From Eledone cirrhosa (Eukaryota): 64,000 bases of DNA. Position numbers and translations under genes: made by a program. Of this stretch, positions 1 through 12,681 are shown piece after piece; the first letter of the stretch is position 1; each line of letters opens with the position of its first letter. The notes below the pieces were generated by a model. The model did not search any database, had not been told where the DNA came from, and saw only the letters and a program-made list of their open reading frames with translations. Where the stretch lies: contig OZ024748.1 in NCBI GenBank assembly GCA_964016885.1, forward strand, positions 48,360,001-48,424,000, in the 5' to 3' direction.

Positions 1-921
1 CAAGGGCCCTCTCTACCCCTCCATTTTACAGCATGGTCATATAAAAAAAAAAAAATTTAAAAAAAACCTTATTGACACGACGCACACACACACACTCACA
101 CACCAACACTCATGCATACAAACCACAACCACACACACACGCCACTCACATACCAACACTCATTCATGCATACAATCACACACACCACTCACAAACACAC
201 ATATATATATATATATTACCGACAGTACTGATACAAATACAAAATCAAAATCAATATCATGTCAACTGTTGACCTTTCCCAGTCCAGAAAGACCATAGAT
301 CAACTTAGTACTTGATACATGTGTAGTATGTGTACAAAAAAAAACACATAAGTGTGAGGAAATAAGAAGGCTGAAACAAAAAAAAATCAAGTATGGAAAA
401 CTGTGTGCAATTTATAATCTCTTTTTTTATTTACACTACATAAAGTCAACTTAACATTACACAGAAAAACCCCAATATTAATTACAATGGCAGTATCGGT
501 CCTTTACGTTCTCAGTTCAAATGCCGCCGAGGTTAACTTTGCCTTTCATCCTTACCAGTTCGATAAAATAAAGTACCAGTAATGAACTGGGTAATTGCTG
601 GTCTTGTGCCAAAAGTAGAAACAATTATATTCCATACAATGGCAAGCATATCAAAAATAATAAAAACATAACAATATTACATCTTAATACTTGTCTGATG
701 ACAACACATCAAATGATTATCATGCAACCACTTTGATGTCTTCAAAATGTGCATAACAGGATTATGTAATAAATAGAGGATGTATTCATAAAACCGTCTC
801 ACTTACTTTTTAGAATATATATATATATTTTTAGCATAGTAAGAAAAATAAGTTTTAATATATGTGTATGCGTATGTGTGTATATATATATATTATTAGA
901 ACTATATATTATTAATGTAAA

Positions 922-1104
922 GGGCAGTGGATTGGCAGTATCGGTAGAGGGTCAGACACCATGCCTTGCAGCATAGAGTTACGGCGCTTTATGGTCTGAG
1001 TTCAAATCCCGCCGAGGTTAACTTTGCCTTGCATCCTTAAAATAAAATACCAGTAAAACACTGGTATAATTGCTGGCCTTGTGCCAAAAGTAGAAACAAT
1101 TATT
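922..1104 (+). mobile_element. tRNA-derived SINE family A (representative copy)
   Basis: A box TGGCAGTATCGG, B box GAGTTCAAATCC, a central gccgaggttaactttgcctttcatcc...gtcgataaaataaagtaccag domain (MetaSINE-like, by recall) and an (ATT)n tail. Further copies at ~488-627, 13175-13372(-), 25182-25372, 35310-35790, 42029-42216, 49297-49604, 54604-54822, 55640-56040(-), 56403-56596(-) and 63040-63595. Confidence 0.85.
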
Positions 1105-1111
1105 AATATAA

Positions 1112-1580
1112 CTAGCAGAAAAACCACACTGCTAGCATGTGTAGTGTGTATATTGATATTATACACAAATATTTATGCATGTAAATAAAATCGTAATTGA
1201 CAATATACACAGAAATTGAACAAAGCCTATGTTACACTGTCTTCTGTAATCGATAATCCATGATATATTAAAAAAAAGACGACATTATATATAAACTGCA
1301 TGAGGAGAAAATTAGCGACGGAAATATATGCAATTATAAGTGTTATAATATAACGGCTGCTAACCGGAAGTGTTGACATTTGACAATTTTAAAGAAGTGA
1401 ATTTTAAAGATCTTTAAATAAGCTATAAAATATATTTAATCAACAGCCACGAAATTTAGCACATAAATTATGTAATATTCATTCATTATTTATTCAAAGT
1501 AATCCAACTTATTTTACAAACGGGGTAAAAATATATATTCTGGACGCAATCCCGCAGCCCTTCCTTTATTATAGTTAAGA
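1112..1580 (-). mobile_element. Non-autonomous Helitron (~470 bp)
   Basis: The minus strand begins A|TCTTAACTATAATAAAGG and ends with a hairpin (cacac-tgctagca-tgtg on +) followed by CTAG|T. No ORF. Confidence 0.65.
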
Positions 1581-1764
1581 TGTAAGTAATATTTCATTGT
1601 TGTAATTGATCATGTGGTTTATTTGTCCAGAAAAACAGTGAAATAGTTGTAGTAGATTTGAACTCACAATCTGAGAGTAAGTAGCTCTATTATCTCTCCA
1701 CATGGCTATCACATTTCTATGAAATCATGTTTGTGATCTATTGAGTTTTATGTCGAATTAGGTA

Positions 1765-2031
1765 TTACAAATGAAAGTTTATATGGAAACTTGCCCAAGA
1801 TAACAACTACAATTGCTCAAAGACAGTTACAATTTGTAGGACATTATATATAAGCAGGAAGTTATACACAAATTACTGTTGTGGGAACCAACTGACAGGA
1901 GACACAGTAGAGGAAGACCTGCTTGAACATTAATCAATCAACTTTCAGATGATACAAACCTCAGTAGAGAGCAGTTACCAGGAAAAATGGAAAGTTGTGA
2001 AGCATGGAGAGACTTTGTCAGGAATGTTTGA
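1765..2031 (+). mobile_element. RTE-clade LINE 3' remnant
   Basis: Frameshifted ITNESLYGNLPKITTTIAQRQLQFVGH...IHKLLLWEPTDRRHSRGRP...INQLSDDT...WRDFV, typical of an RTE ORF C-terminus. Confidence 0.7.
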
Positions 2032-2254
2032 CTGTGGTCACAATCGTGATGAATTAGTTCAGAAAATTAAGCAAGACCAATTGGTACATGAGGAGTTTAT
2101 ATCCTGTCACAGACAATGTAGTGTACTTAGTAAGGAATTACAACTAAGTACTGGTAGTTGTGATGGAGGGAGAGGGGTAGGGGAAAGAGAGAATAAAGTG
2201 GAGAGAAAGAGAGAGAGAGGAAGAGCAAAGTAGAGAGGAGAGGGAGATACCAGA

Positions 2255-2373
2255 ATGGAGAGAGAGGGAGACACCCGAGTGGAGAGAGAGAGAGAGGGAG
2301 ACACCCGAGTGGAGAGAGAGAGAGAGAGAGAGAGAGACCAGAGTGGAGAGAGAGAGAGAGGGAGACACCCGAG

Positions 2374-2461
<88 letters not shown>

Positions 2462-2472
2462 AGAGTGGAGAG
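2255..2472. repeat. (GA)n microsatellite interrupted by gacacccgagtgga units
   Basis: Direct inspection. Confidence 0.9.
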
Positions 2473-3017
2473 GGGGGGATAAAATAAAGAAAGAGAGATT
2501 TTAGCTCTATCAGTTTATAAAACATTATTCTCATCAGAGTTGCTTTAATGGTCGAAATTGATGGCTGAGATAGAATAAGGAGGAGGAGGAGGAGTCAAAT
2601 AATAATAATAATAATAATAAATTCAATAATTCCAGATATTGTGATTGATAATGGATAAGAATGATATATTGATTAGCGATGAGAGAGAGAGAGAGAGAGA
2701 GAGTATGAGAGAGAGAGAAAGAGTGATTGATTTATAGCTATGAGGAGAAGTCAATGTAAAATACAATCTGTTGGATTGTCCTAGTCTGAAGCCAAACCAC
2801 TTTACTGATTGTCATATTATTATTATGAAAAAATATTGATTTCCTTTCACTGGTCACAAAATCTCTTGTATCTGTTGTTGTTGTTGTTTAGCCCAGGGTC
2901 AGCCCTGATCAAGTGGTCCTATAATCATGAGCATTTCAACAATAATCATCCTATATTGTTTTCAGACTTTGGACCACATTATCAAATATCTCCTTTCTTT
3001 TTTGTTTTGTTTTTTTA

Positions 3018-3380
3018 AGATGGTAGAGTGTGTGATTTGACTGCTATTTCTAGCAGGTCGAGCAACCACTTAAAGACTCCCTTAGTGTACTGTGGTTAAG
3101 AGCTTCCATTGGTTGGTTCAAATCATGTGGTGCTGGTAGTAAATCAGTGACATCTGTAAAGTGAGCCAAAGATGGTAGAGTGTGTGATTTGACTGCTATT
3201 TCTAGCAGGTCGAGCAACCACTTAAAGACTCCCTTAGTGTACTGTGGTTAAGAGCTTCCATTGGTTGGTTCAAATCATGTGATGCTGGTAGTAAATCAGT
3301 GACATCTGTAAAGTGAGCCAAAGATGGTAGAGTGTGTGATTTGACTGCTATTTCTGGCAGTTCAGTACCATTGTTAAGAG
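3018..3380. repeat. 152-bp tandem duplication (~2.3 copies)
   Basis: agatggtagagtgtgtgatttgactgc... starts at 3018, 3170 and 3322. Confidence 0.85.
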
Positions 3381-3946
3381 CCTTCATTGGGTGGTTTTGT
3401 TTCATAGAACCAGAGCTGGATTTGGGTTGTTAAGATACTCTGAAGAAATGTTCTGGAATCAACTTTGGAAAAAAAGTGTTGTTGAAAGAGACACTTATTT
3501 CCTGAAATCCAATTTATTTCTACAAGAATGGTTTGAAGATAAAGTATTGTGGCCCACTTAACAATTCTTGGGATTGTTTTGTTGGTTAAAAGACACACTG
3601 TGGTGTAGTGTTGAGTACCATGACAACAGGGAGAGGGGAACATGAGAGAGGGTAAGTCAGTAGAAGAGAGAGAATGCAGGAAAGAGAGAGCAAGAGAACA
3701 GGAGAGAGGTGAGAGAGTAGTAGAGAGGGGGAGAGAAAGCAGGAAAAAGAGAGAGAGAGGTGAGAGAGGGGGGAGAGAAAGCAGGAAGGAGAGAGATAGC
3801 TGAGGAGAAGGTATTGAAATAAACAACTTATAATTTTTATTTGTTTTGGCTATGAATGTTTTACAACATAACAGATCTCAAACAACATGGAACACAACAT
3901 GGAATGGACTTGAATTTTAAAGTTGAAGGATTTAGTTAATAGATTC

Positions 3947-4414
3947 AACATCATCTCTTCAGTTAATACTACTAGTTAGTAAATTAGTTAATGTTATGTC
4001 ATCACATCATCTCTTTAGTTAATATTACTAGTTAGTAAACTAGTTAATGTTATGTCATCACATCATCTCTTTAGTTAATATTACTAGTTAGTAAACTAGG
4101 TAATGTTACTTCATCACATCATCTCTTTAGTTAATATTACTAGTTGGTAAACTAGGTAATGTTACTTCATAAAGTATCTCTTTAGTTAATATTACTAGTT
4201 AGTAAACTAGGTAATGCTACTTCATAGCATCATCTCTTTAGTTAATATTACTAGTTAGTAAACTAGGTAATGTTACTTCATCACATCATCTCTTTAGTTA
4301 ATATTACTAGTTGGTAAACTAGGTAATGTTACTTCATAAAGTATCTCTTTAGTTAATATTACTAGTTAGTAAACTAGGTAATGCTACTTCATAACATCAT
4401 CTCTTTAGTTAATA
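3947..4414. repeat. 56-bp satellite, left part (split by the Helitron)
   Basis: Unit ctagttagtaaactaggtaatgttacttcatcacatcatctctttagttaatatta, ~8 copies. Confidence 0.92.
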
Positions 4415-5247
4415 CTAGACCACCTGTGACACGTTGGGTCACGTTCAATTCAAAATATTTTTTTTAAATCGTGTTCCCTTAAAAATAATTTTTAAATAAT
4501 TAAAATATACACAAAATGTATATAATGTAAAATGACATTGGAAAGCCAATATATATATATACGTGTATGTGTGTGTGTGTATATGTACGTGTATATATAT
4601 ATATATATATATGTTTGTGTGTGTGGGTGTCTGTGGCCTATATACACTGGTTAGACACACACACACATCCATCCTGTCCTAACACAAGTTATAAGATACA
4701 TTTAACTTAATATTCAGTCAGCAAATTTAAGCTAGATACAGTAATGCTGTATTCAATTCTTTGAAGTCACCAGTCATAATTTCATTCAACAACACCACCA
4801 GCTCTCTCCCTCTCTCTCACAACTACTATCTGCTTTTGTATTCACATTTCAATGGTACCTTACTTTCAAAGAATTTTCCCATTATGCGCTGATTTGGTTA
4901 TTTATAAAGGTACCAAAAAAAACCTGTGTATCTCGGGATCCCGTGGTCCAATTTACGCGAAACTTGTCTTTTCACTGTATTATTCACAAGTATTTTCACA
5001 AAGAAAATATCAAATCATTTTTCACTAATAGCTATCCAATCAATCCACTTGAAAATTCTTTTTTCTATATCTCTATGGATGCTTGACTGTTTGTTCTGAA
5101 AGATTTTTCTGCTTAAAAAGTTGCAATGTTAATGAAAAGCTGGTTTTATTGACAAAAATTTGAAAGAAATTATTCTTACTTGTCTTAGTTTTTCCTTTTC
5201 TTTTCATTTTCTGACGTCAGAATCAACATTTTCTCATATTTACGCTG

Positions 5248-8200
5248 TTACAGTTTGTTCAAAACAATGCTTTTGATGACAACATTCTTAGTTGACTGGG
5301 TATCCTTCAGAAATACTCTGACATTTTCTTTTCGTTTTCCGCGGCTAAGGGCTACATACAGTTGACTGTGTTGGAATACAGGTCGTTCCAGATAAACCAA
5401 GACGTTTTCCACAGTTTGTCCTTGTGCTTTATGAATAGTCATAGCAAAGCACGATTGAACTGGGAATTGGCTTCGCTACAAAGGGATATCCTCACCTTCG
5501 AATAGATTAATTCTTATTCTAGGTATCATAACGATCTTATTTCTGAAAGCAGCAGTGTTGATTCTTGCTACTATGAGATTGTTATGCAGTTCTTCCACGA
5601 TCATGCGCGTTCCATTACAAAGCCTTGGAGGATTCAAGTTTCTCATAAGAATTATTGGCGATCCTTTTTTCAATTCCAGGTTATGTGGTGGCAGTCCTGA
5701 TAGTTCAACCGAATCAAGGAATTCAGTCAGGAAATGAGTGGCATTGGCACCATCACTCACAGAATTATAGGATCGGTACTCTTTTATGGTTCCAGGGAAG
5801 AGTCTGATACAGGTGGAATTGATGCTTCTCATCATTTCATTGATAGGTACTAAGATGCAATTGTTCGAAAACACTTCAGCTGGATTGTCGAATGAGGGGT
5901 CGATGAAGTCAATACATTCTTCCATAGTTGTTGCTTGGAGAACCATTTCTTTTGGCAAAATAATTTCCTCGTTTTCAGTTTTTTTTATCTTATCTTCTCC
6001 AATATCCAATAGGAACTGTGAATAGTCTCCTGCTCCCCCACCCAATCGAATGTTTGTCTTCAACTGAAATCTTTTGAAGCTTCACCATAAGTAGGATTTT
6101 TTAATGCAGGCGTTTTCCACGTCCGCTTCATTTCTCCTTTTCACTACCGGAAGAAGCTGACGGAAATGGCCACAGCAAATTGTCAAAATTCCACCGAATA
6201 CCTCATTGTTGTCGCATATGTCACGCAGAGTGAGGTCAACAGCTTCGAAGCTTTCCCTCCGAATCATAGGACACTCATCCCAAACAATCAGCCTTGTATG
6301 CTGGAAGAGGTTTGCCATCTTTCAGTTTTTATCAATGTTGCACAGACCATTTTCTTTCACTACTATCGGTATTTTGAACCTAGAATGCGCTGTTCTTCCA
6401 TCAGGCGTCAGTGTTGCGGCAATGCCAGATGACGCAACAGCAATAGCCACGTCACCGTTTCCCCTGAATTTTGAAAGAATTAAGTTAATCAGGAATGTCT
6501 TTCCTGTTCCACCTGGAGCATCAATGAAAATCAATGCAGATGTGTTCGTCTCTAAACTGTTACAAACGAAGTCATACACGTGTTTTTGTTCACTATTCAA
6601 TAGAGGCTCCATCTCTTCTACAAATCGTCGCTGCTCTTCTCTGGTGTATTGCAATTCATGCAATAACTCCAAATTGCCAATATCCTGATTAGCAACAATA
6701 TTATTTGGCCTTGGCAAGTTAAAGTCACTAAGACTTTTGCCCAGGTCGTTAACTTTGTCTTCAAAATACAGAAGACATTGATCTTAATGTCTCTTGCTAA
6801 TCAAAAGGTTAGAGTTTCTGGTAGTCCTTTTTTCTATTTGAAGGTAATCCTCAGACAGCGAATGCTTAAATCGAACCCATAAAGTACTGGAATTGTCAAT
6901 TTCTGTATTTGTGAGGAGCATGATGAATAGATCTCTCATAGCTTTGGGGAGCCTTGTTCGCTCAGCATCTTCCAGAGTCTGCTGCCACTGATCATCCGAT
7001 TAAAGTAAACCTTTCTCTCTGCAGACGTCTTTGAATAATGGCAGGAGTTCTCCATCACACATTTTCAAAGAGTTGAAGGATACTGGCCCTTTGACGTGAT
7101 GCAGAAGGAGTCTTGAATAATACAGGTCACCACTTCGTGGAGAAACAGTGTATACTCATCCCAAAACGTTCGCCTCAAAAATCCCTGGATACTGCTCAAC
7201 TGTTTTCCCCACCTTTCTCCTTTCCCATCTCTTATTACTCCAAGTGTAAAACTTTGGGACATCGGCATAATACAATGTTTTTGCAAATGGATCGCGATCG
7301 CAAAGATCCATGAACTCAGTCAGAGTCGTCTTAGCCATGTTATTGTTTACTTTAACAGCAGCATTGACCCGAAAGAAGATTTGATTTTCCTCAGGTAGAT
7401 GAACTTGAAAGCGAACTACGGCCGGTTCTCTCTCATGAATTGGAAATCCAAGTACCAAGGCAACAGCTTCTGAAGGACCGATATATCTTCCTGTTAAATA
7501 CTGTATTATCTCAACTTCCCTGTTCACATTGCCTGATCACTGCCCTTCATGGTATATTTGATAACGTATTTGATTGATTTCACGGAAGAGCACATCTCTA
7601 CGTTTAGGTGGCAGTTGAACAGTTTTAATAGTTTCATATTGTAGGGAACCACCCATTCCGAAGTTATATTTCGGCTTCCCCTTCTTTCTTGGTGCCCCTC
7701 AAATCCTCCCATTCCTGGAGACCGTCTTCTGTACACAGGATAAGAGTCCTCTCCACACAATGTATATTCATTGAAAGGCTTAGGGTACCACTTACTGCAC
7801 GTTCCATCTTTCCAACACGGCGAATTGTTAGAGCAATCCGGACTGTGGATCATGTGCTTCAGCACCAATTCATGACCCTCTGGATCTTTGTTTGGATCTG
7901 GTATTTTGACTTGAACAAATTTATCATATTCCTGCAGTCTGGGCTTGGAGGCTTCTTTGAGCCATAGCAAACAGTGCACATGAGGAAGACCTCACTTTTG
8001 GTATTCGACTGTCAGCACGTAAGCAATGCACTTGCCAAATAGGCCATCTACTTCAGTAAGATACCTTCTTAACAGTTTTCGCTTCAGGTCAAATACTCTG
8101 GCAATTAAATCTGGCCCGTCATGTGGCTTCTGATTCAGGAATAGGTTTTGCCGGATTTCAGGCCAGTTTGGATTGAATGTCATTGTGATGAAGGACGAAG

Positions 8201-9730
8201 GATTGCCGTACTTCCATATGTACATCATGGCATCCTGACATCGCTCCATCATATATCTCGGTCCACCGACAAATGTGGAAGAGAGTATGATTCGCCTGCC
8301 AATATTGCTAAAATCGTCATCATCATTCAATGCATCAGTAAGGCCCTTGTATGTTGCAGATCGCAATGATGTTTGATTAATTCGGATGTATTGCAGTCTA
8401 TCTCCTTCAATCTTCGCAGCCATGTCAACCAAATATTGCTGAAATAAACGACCGCCTCTGAGAAGTTGGTTGAATTCATTCTCATGGTTCATTATTCGAT
8501 AGGCATAGTAGCGCATTGGCGTCAACTTCTTGTTGTTGCTCATTAACAGCTGATGATGCCATCCGTCATCACCAAAAGGAAAAAATAGAACATACTGCAA
8601 ACTGTCATAGGACCGATGGGACTCTGAGATTATTTGCAATTGTCCGCCTTTTTCTTTCAACACAATGTGCCGTGCTTTTGCTTGAAGTTCAGTGCTGTTT
8701 TGTATAATAACGGCAACTTCGTTTGCAGTTTGTGCATTGAATCTTCTCTCATGTTCCATTGCTGGTCTCCTATCAGGATCAATAATAATCGAAGCTTCGG
8801 GAATATTTTTAATTTGTTCTTTTGCCATTCGAAATGAAGCAACGTAAGGGTTATATTGTCTGAGTATTATTTCCAATAATTCAACTATGTCGCGCTGAAT
8901 GCCATCGTTATGGAGTATCCTGATCCCAAAATCAACACTATCCTGAGGATCCAAGAAGTAAATTTGAAGAAATTGGGGTTGTTCGTTGGGATTAGGGGTT
9001 AAGGAACCGATGGTGAATTTGACCATGAATAACGATAAGATTCCATCCACTCCTTGAGGAACAAACTTCTTCGGCCCCAAAAGATGTCATTTGGAACAGG
9101 TAGTTGTATTGTCTGAGGTTCTTCCTGAACTCGTTTGCACTAGGTTCATCAGTACTAAATAAACTGTGAAGTTCCTGGGGTAAAAGCTGCAGATTCCCCA
9201 ACCTGACTTTTCCATTCATACAGCAAAAGTTAGCAGTTTCACCATGAAAAAGCATTGCATGACAACAGACACAGATCTTATTCATCTGTCCAACATCAGC
9301 AGAGAGGTCAAGGCGTTGAACTGTCCTTGCTCTATCCCTAATGGTTTGTTGACAAAGACGTTCAGTTCTCCGAGCGTCCGAATTCATGATCTCTCCTTCT
9401 TCTGTCTCTTTCCCTCTGTTCCGCCTGATGCTCAGCTCTCCGACCATCTGATTCATGATCTCTCCTTCTTCTGTCTCTTTCCTTCTGTTCCGCCAGACGC
9501 TCAGCTCTCCGACCATCCGATTCATGATCTCTCTTGCTTCTGTCTCTTTCCCTCTGTTCCGCTATATGCGCAGCCCTTGCTTTATCAGTCTCATCGATCC
9601 TTCTATTCGCATGCCTGTCCCGATCTTGTTGGCGTTGACCATTATCACCTTCTTCGGGTCTCCTTAGCCGTGCTTTTTTTCCACTATCGATAGACCAACC
9701 AGATGTTTTCTTTCTTCCTCATCGAGGCAT
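5248..9730 (-). pseudogene. Helitron RepHel (HUH Rep + PIF1-family helicase), broken by stops and frameshifts
   Basis: Rep motifs FITMTFNPNWPEI, VEYQK*GLPHVHCLLW and KYVIKYTMKG. Helicase motifs [35 protein letters not shown] and QLYVALSR. N-terminal Cys/His cluster CVCCHAMLFHGE...CCMNGKV. Split across at least 8 ORF fragments. Confidence 0.95.
9380..9562. repeat. 69-bp tandem repeat (~2.7 copies) in the RepHel N-terminal region
   Basis: Repeated ETEEGEIMN(Q/R)MVGELS.. peptide; DNA unit ttcatgatctctccttcttctgtctctttcc... Confidence 0.8.
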
Positions 9731-10581
9731 TATTTAAGAATAGAAAATCGTATTCACCTTAGAAAAAATTCCTATTACCACAACAAATATTTTTTTTAAA
9801 TCATCATTTAGAAATATTTCTAAATAATGAAAATCTGTTTAAACAACTCGTATTTTTCAAATCGTATTCACTTAAAAAATACTTATTAATAATTAAAATA
9901 TTCTGTTTAAAGAAAGCTGAAATATATATACTCAGTGTACAAATAATTTGTATTTTTTAAGTCATTTTCACTTAAGAATATTTTTTAAATATGCCAAGAA
10001 ATATTTTTTCCATCGTATTCACTTGAAAATAATTTTTAAAAAGTGAAGATATTGTCTATGTAAATAAAGCTATTTGTGAAATCAGATTCACTTTAAAATA
10101 TTTCTAAATAATTGAAATATTCTTTTTAACAAAAGCAAAAATATAAACACCTGCTGTTTAACACCAACTGGTATTTTTCAGTGATATTCACTTAATGCTT
10201 TTCTGATAATTAAAATATCGTCTGTTTAAAGAAAGTTCAAATATAGATACTTGAAGTACAAATAACTTGTAGTTTTGAAATCATATTCACTGAGAAATCA
10301 CTGAAACATTTTTTTTTAATAATTATTAAACTATTATCATCATTCGAGAAATATTTTTATGTCGATTTACGTCAAACCTGTTTTATCCCCATTTCAGGGT
10401 TATATCACTTACAGGGCTATTTTTCCATTATGCACCGTTTTGGCTATTTATGAAGGTATCCTATACACACAAATATATATATATGTATATACATGTAAAG
10501 TTATATTTAAAATTGTTGGGTTACAACTAGTAAATATTTATAACTGATATAAAAGCACTCGACAAATACTTGGAGTATATT

Positions 10582-10984
10582 TACAATATTAAATAAATGG
10601 AAAACTATATTTATAAAACCATATTTATTTCATTATATATATTTCGGGGATATCATATTAACAATATGCTATGCCTTCATCAGACAAAATACAATATAAA
10701 CAGTTTTATAGATAAATATATTCGACATACCGTAATAAACATCAACTTCATTTGAAGAGGTTCACTCTAGCAGTGAAAATACTGTATTTTCACTGCTAGA
10801 GTGAACCTCTTCAAATGAAGTTGATGTTTATTACGGTATGTCGAATATATTTATCTATAAAACTGTTTATATTGTATTTTGTCTGATGAAGGCATAGCAT
10901 ATTGTTAATATGATATCCCCGAAATATATATAATGAAATAAATATGGTTTTATAAATATAGTTTTCCATTTATTTAATATTGTA
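10582..10984. repeat. 403-bp palindrome (201-bp arms, 1-nt loop) with a hammerhead-like motif in each arm; Penelope-like remnant inside the Helitron
   Basis: Centre gaaaatac-t-gtattttc at 10783. CTGATGA(10883-10889)...GAAA(10921-10924)tatataTA. An ~87-bp unique tail at 10495-10581. TA-rich flanks. Confidence 0.85.
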
Positions 10985-11772
10985 TATATGTATATATATA
11001 TATATATGTCTCTAACTTAAGTACTGTTACACACACATACACACACACATGTCTCTAAGTACGTAAACACATGCACTGGCACACATACAGATACACACGG
11101 TGGCAGTATAACTGTGAAAGAGAGAGAAAGAAATAACGTTATGGATAGGTGGAGAGTTAAAATAAATAAAAGTTAAGGACGCTGTCTCTTTCCCCATCTG
11201 TAATCCCCTCTCTCTCTCTCATCCCCTCACCCCTCTTTCTCTCTCTTTCTCTCTATCACCCCCCTCTCTGTCTCTTTTACCTACAGAATGGACAACCAAA
11301 AACCAAACGGATTATTTCTTTCGATATTCATTATAAAATAAGATAAATTGAATTTAAATGAATTCCTTGCTATTTTTGGAAAATTGAAAATATTGTCCAT
11401 GTGCGATTTACGCCAAACTTGTTTTATTCAGAGTATTTTCTCATTATGCAATGTTTTGGCTATTTACGAAGTTTTGCGGGTTATGTTATTTTCGAGGTAT
11501 TTTCCCAGTATGCACCGTTGTGGCTATTTACAAAGGTACCCCCAAAACCCGCGAATCTCGGAAACCCGGGGTCAGATTTTCGCGAAACTTGTTTTATTCA
11601 ATTTGTATTCCCATTTCAGAGGCAACTTGCTTTCAAAGTATTTACCCATTATGTGCCCTTTTGGCTGTATTACATAACAGACAAGCAAGCAAGCATGCAA
11701 GATCAGAGTTTTAGTAGTATATAGATATATTTCTTTATTTGCCACAAGGGCGTAGTAGTATATATAGATAGA

Positions 11773-12193
11773 TTACTAGTTAGTAAACTAGGTAATGTTA
11801 CTTCATCACATCAACTCTTTAGTTAATATTATTAGCTAGTAAACTAGATAATGTTACTTAATAACATCATCTCTTTAGTTAATATTACTAGTTAGTAAAC
11901 TAGGTAATGTTACTTAATAACATCATCTCTTTTGTTAATATTACTAGTTAGTAAACTAGATAATGTTTCTTAATAACATCATCTCTTTAGTTAATATTAC
12001 TAGTTAGTAAACTAGGTAATGTTACTTAATAACATCATCTCTTTTGTTAATATTACTAGTTAGTAAACTAGGTAATGTTACTTAATAACATCATCTCTTT
12101 AGTTAATATTACTAGTTAGTAAACTAGGTAATGTTACTTAATAACATCATCTCTTTAGTTAATATTACTAGATAATATTATGTCATCACATCT
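11773..12193. repeat. 56-bp satellite, right part
   Basis: Same unit, ~7 copies, resuming in register after the Helitron 5' end. Confidence 0.92.
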
Positions 12194-12634
12194 TCCCTTC
12201 TAAGATATGGTAATGGAAGGGTTATCATGATGTTTTGGACTATATCCTTCTTTAAAAAACAAGGGAAGAATAGTAAAAAAAAAAGGATAGAAAGACAAAG
12301 AAATTGGTTACAAGTGTGTGTTCCAAGTGATCTGATCAATGGAACAGCCTGCTCATAAAATTAATGTGTAAGTGGCTCAGCATTCCACAGACACACATAC
12401 CCTTAATGTAATTCTCGGGGAGATTCAATGTGACACAGAATATGACAAGGCTGGTCCTTCGAATTACAGGTACAACTTATTTTTGCCAAATGAGTGGACT
12501 GGAACAATGTGAAATAAAGTGTCTTGCTCAAGGACACAACCTGCCAATGAGAATCAAACTCATGACATGACCTTACAATTGTGAGCCGAATACCCTAACC
12601 ACAAAGCCACAAACTTTCATGTTTGGTTACAAAA

Positions 12635-12671
<37 letters not shown>

Positions 12672-12681
<10 letters not shown>

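Larger units (their letters stand above)
4415..11772 (-). mobile_element. Full-length Helitron (rolling-circle transposon), 7358 bp
   Basis: 5' TC at 11772-11771. The 3' end is GTGAC-ccaacgt-GTCAC hairpin...CTAG at 4418-4415. Inserted between A and T with no TSD; the flanking satellite unit ...ttaata|ttactag... is restored exactly when the element is removed. Contains a RepHel pseudo-ORF. Confidence 0.93.

Noticed and set aside
262-300. Minus-strand VFLDWERS resembling AARSD1 'VDWERR'
   Set aside because: There is an in-frame stop just upstream, no good acceptor, and the expected FDHMQQH does not follow. Likely chance.
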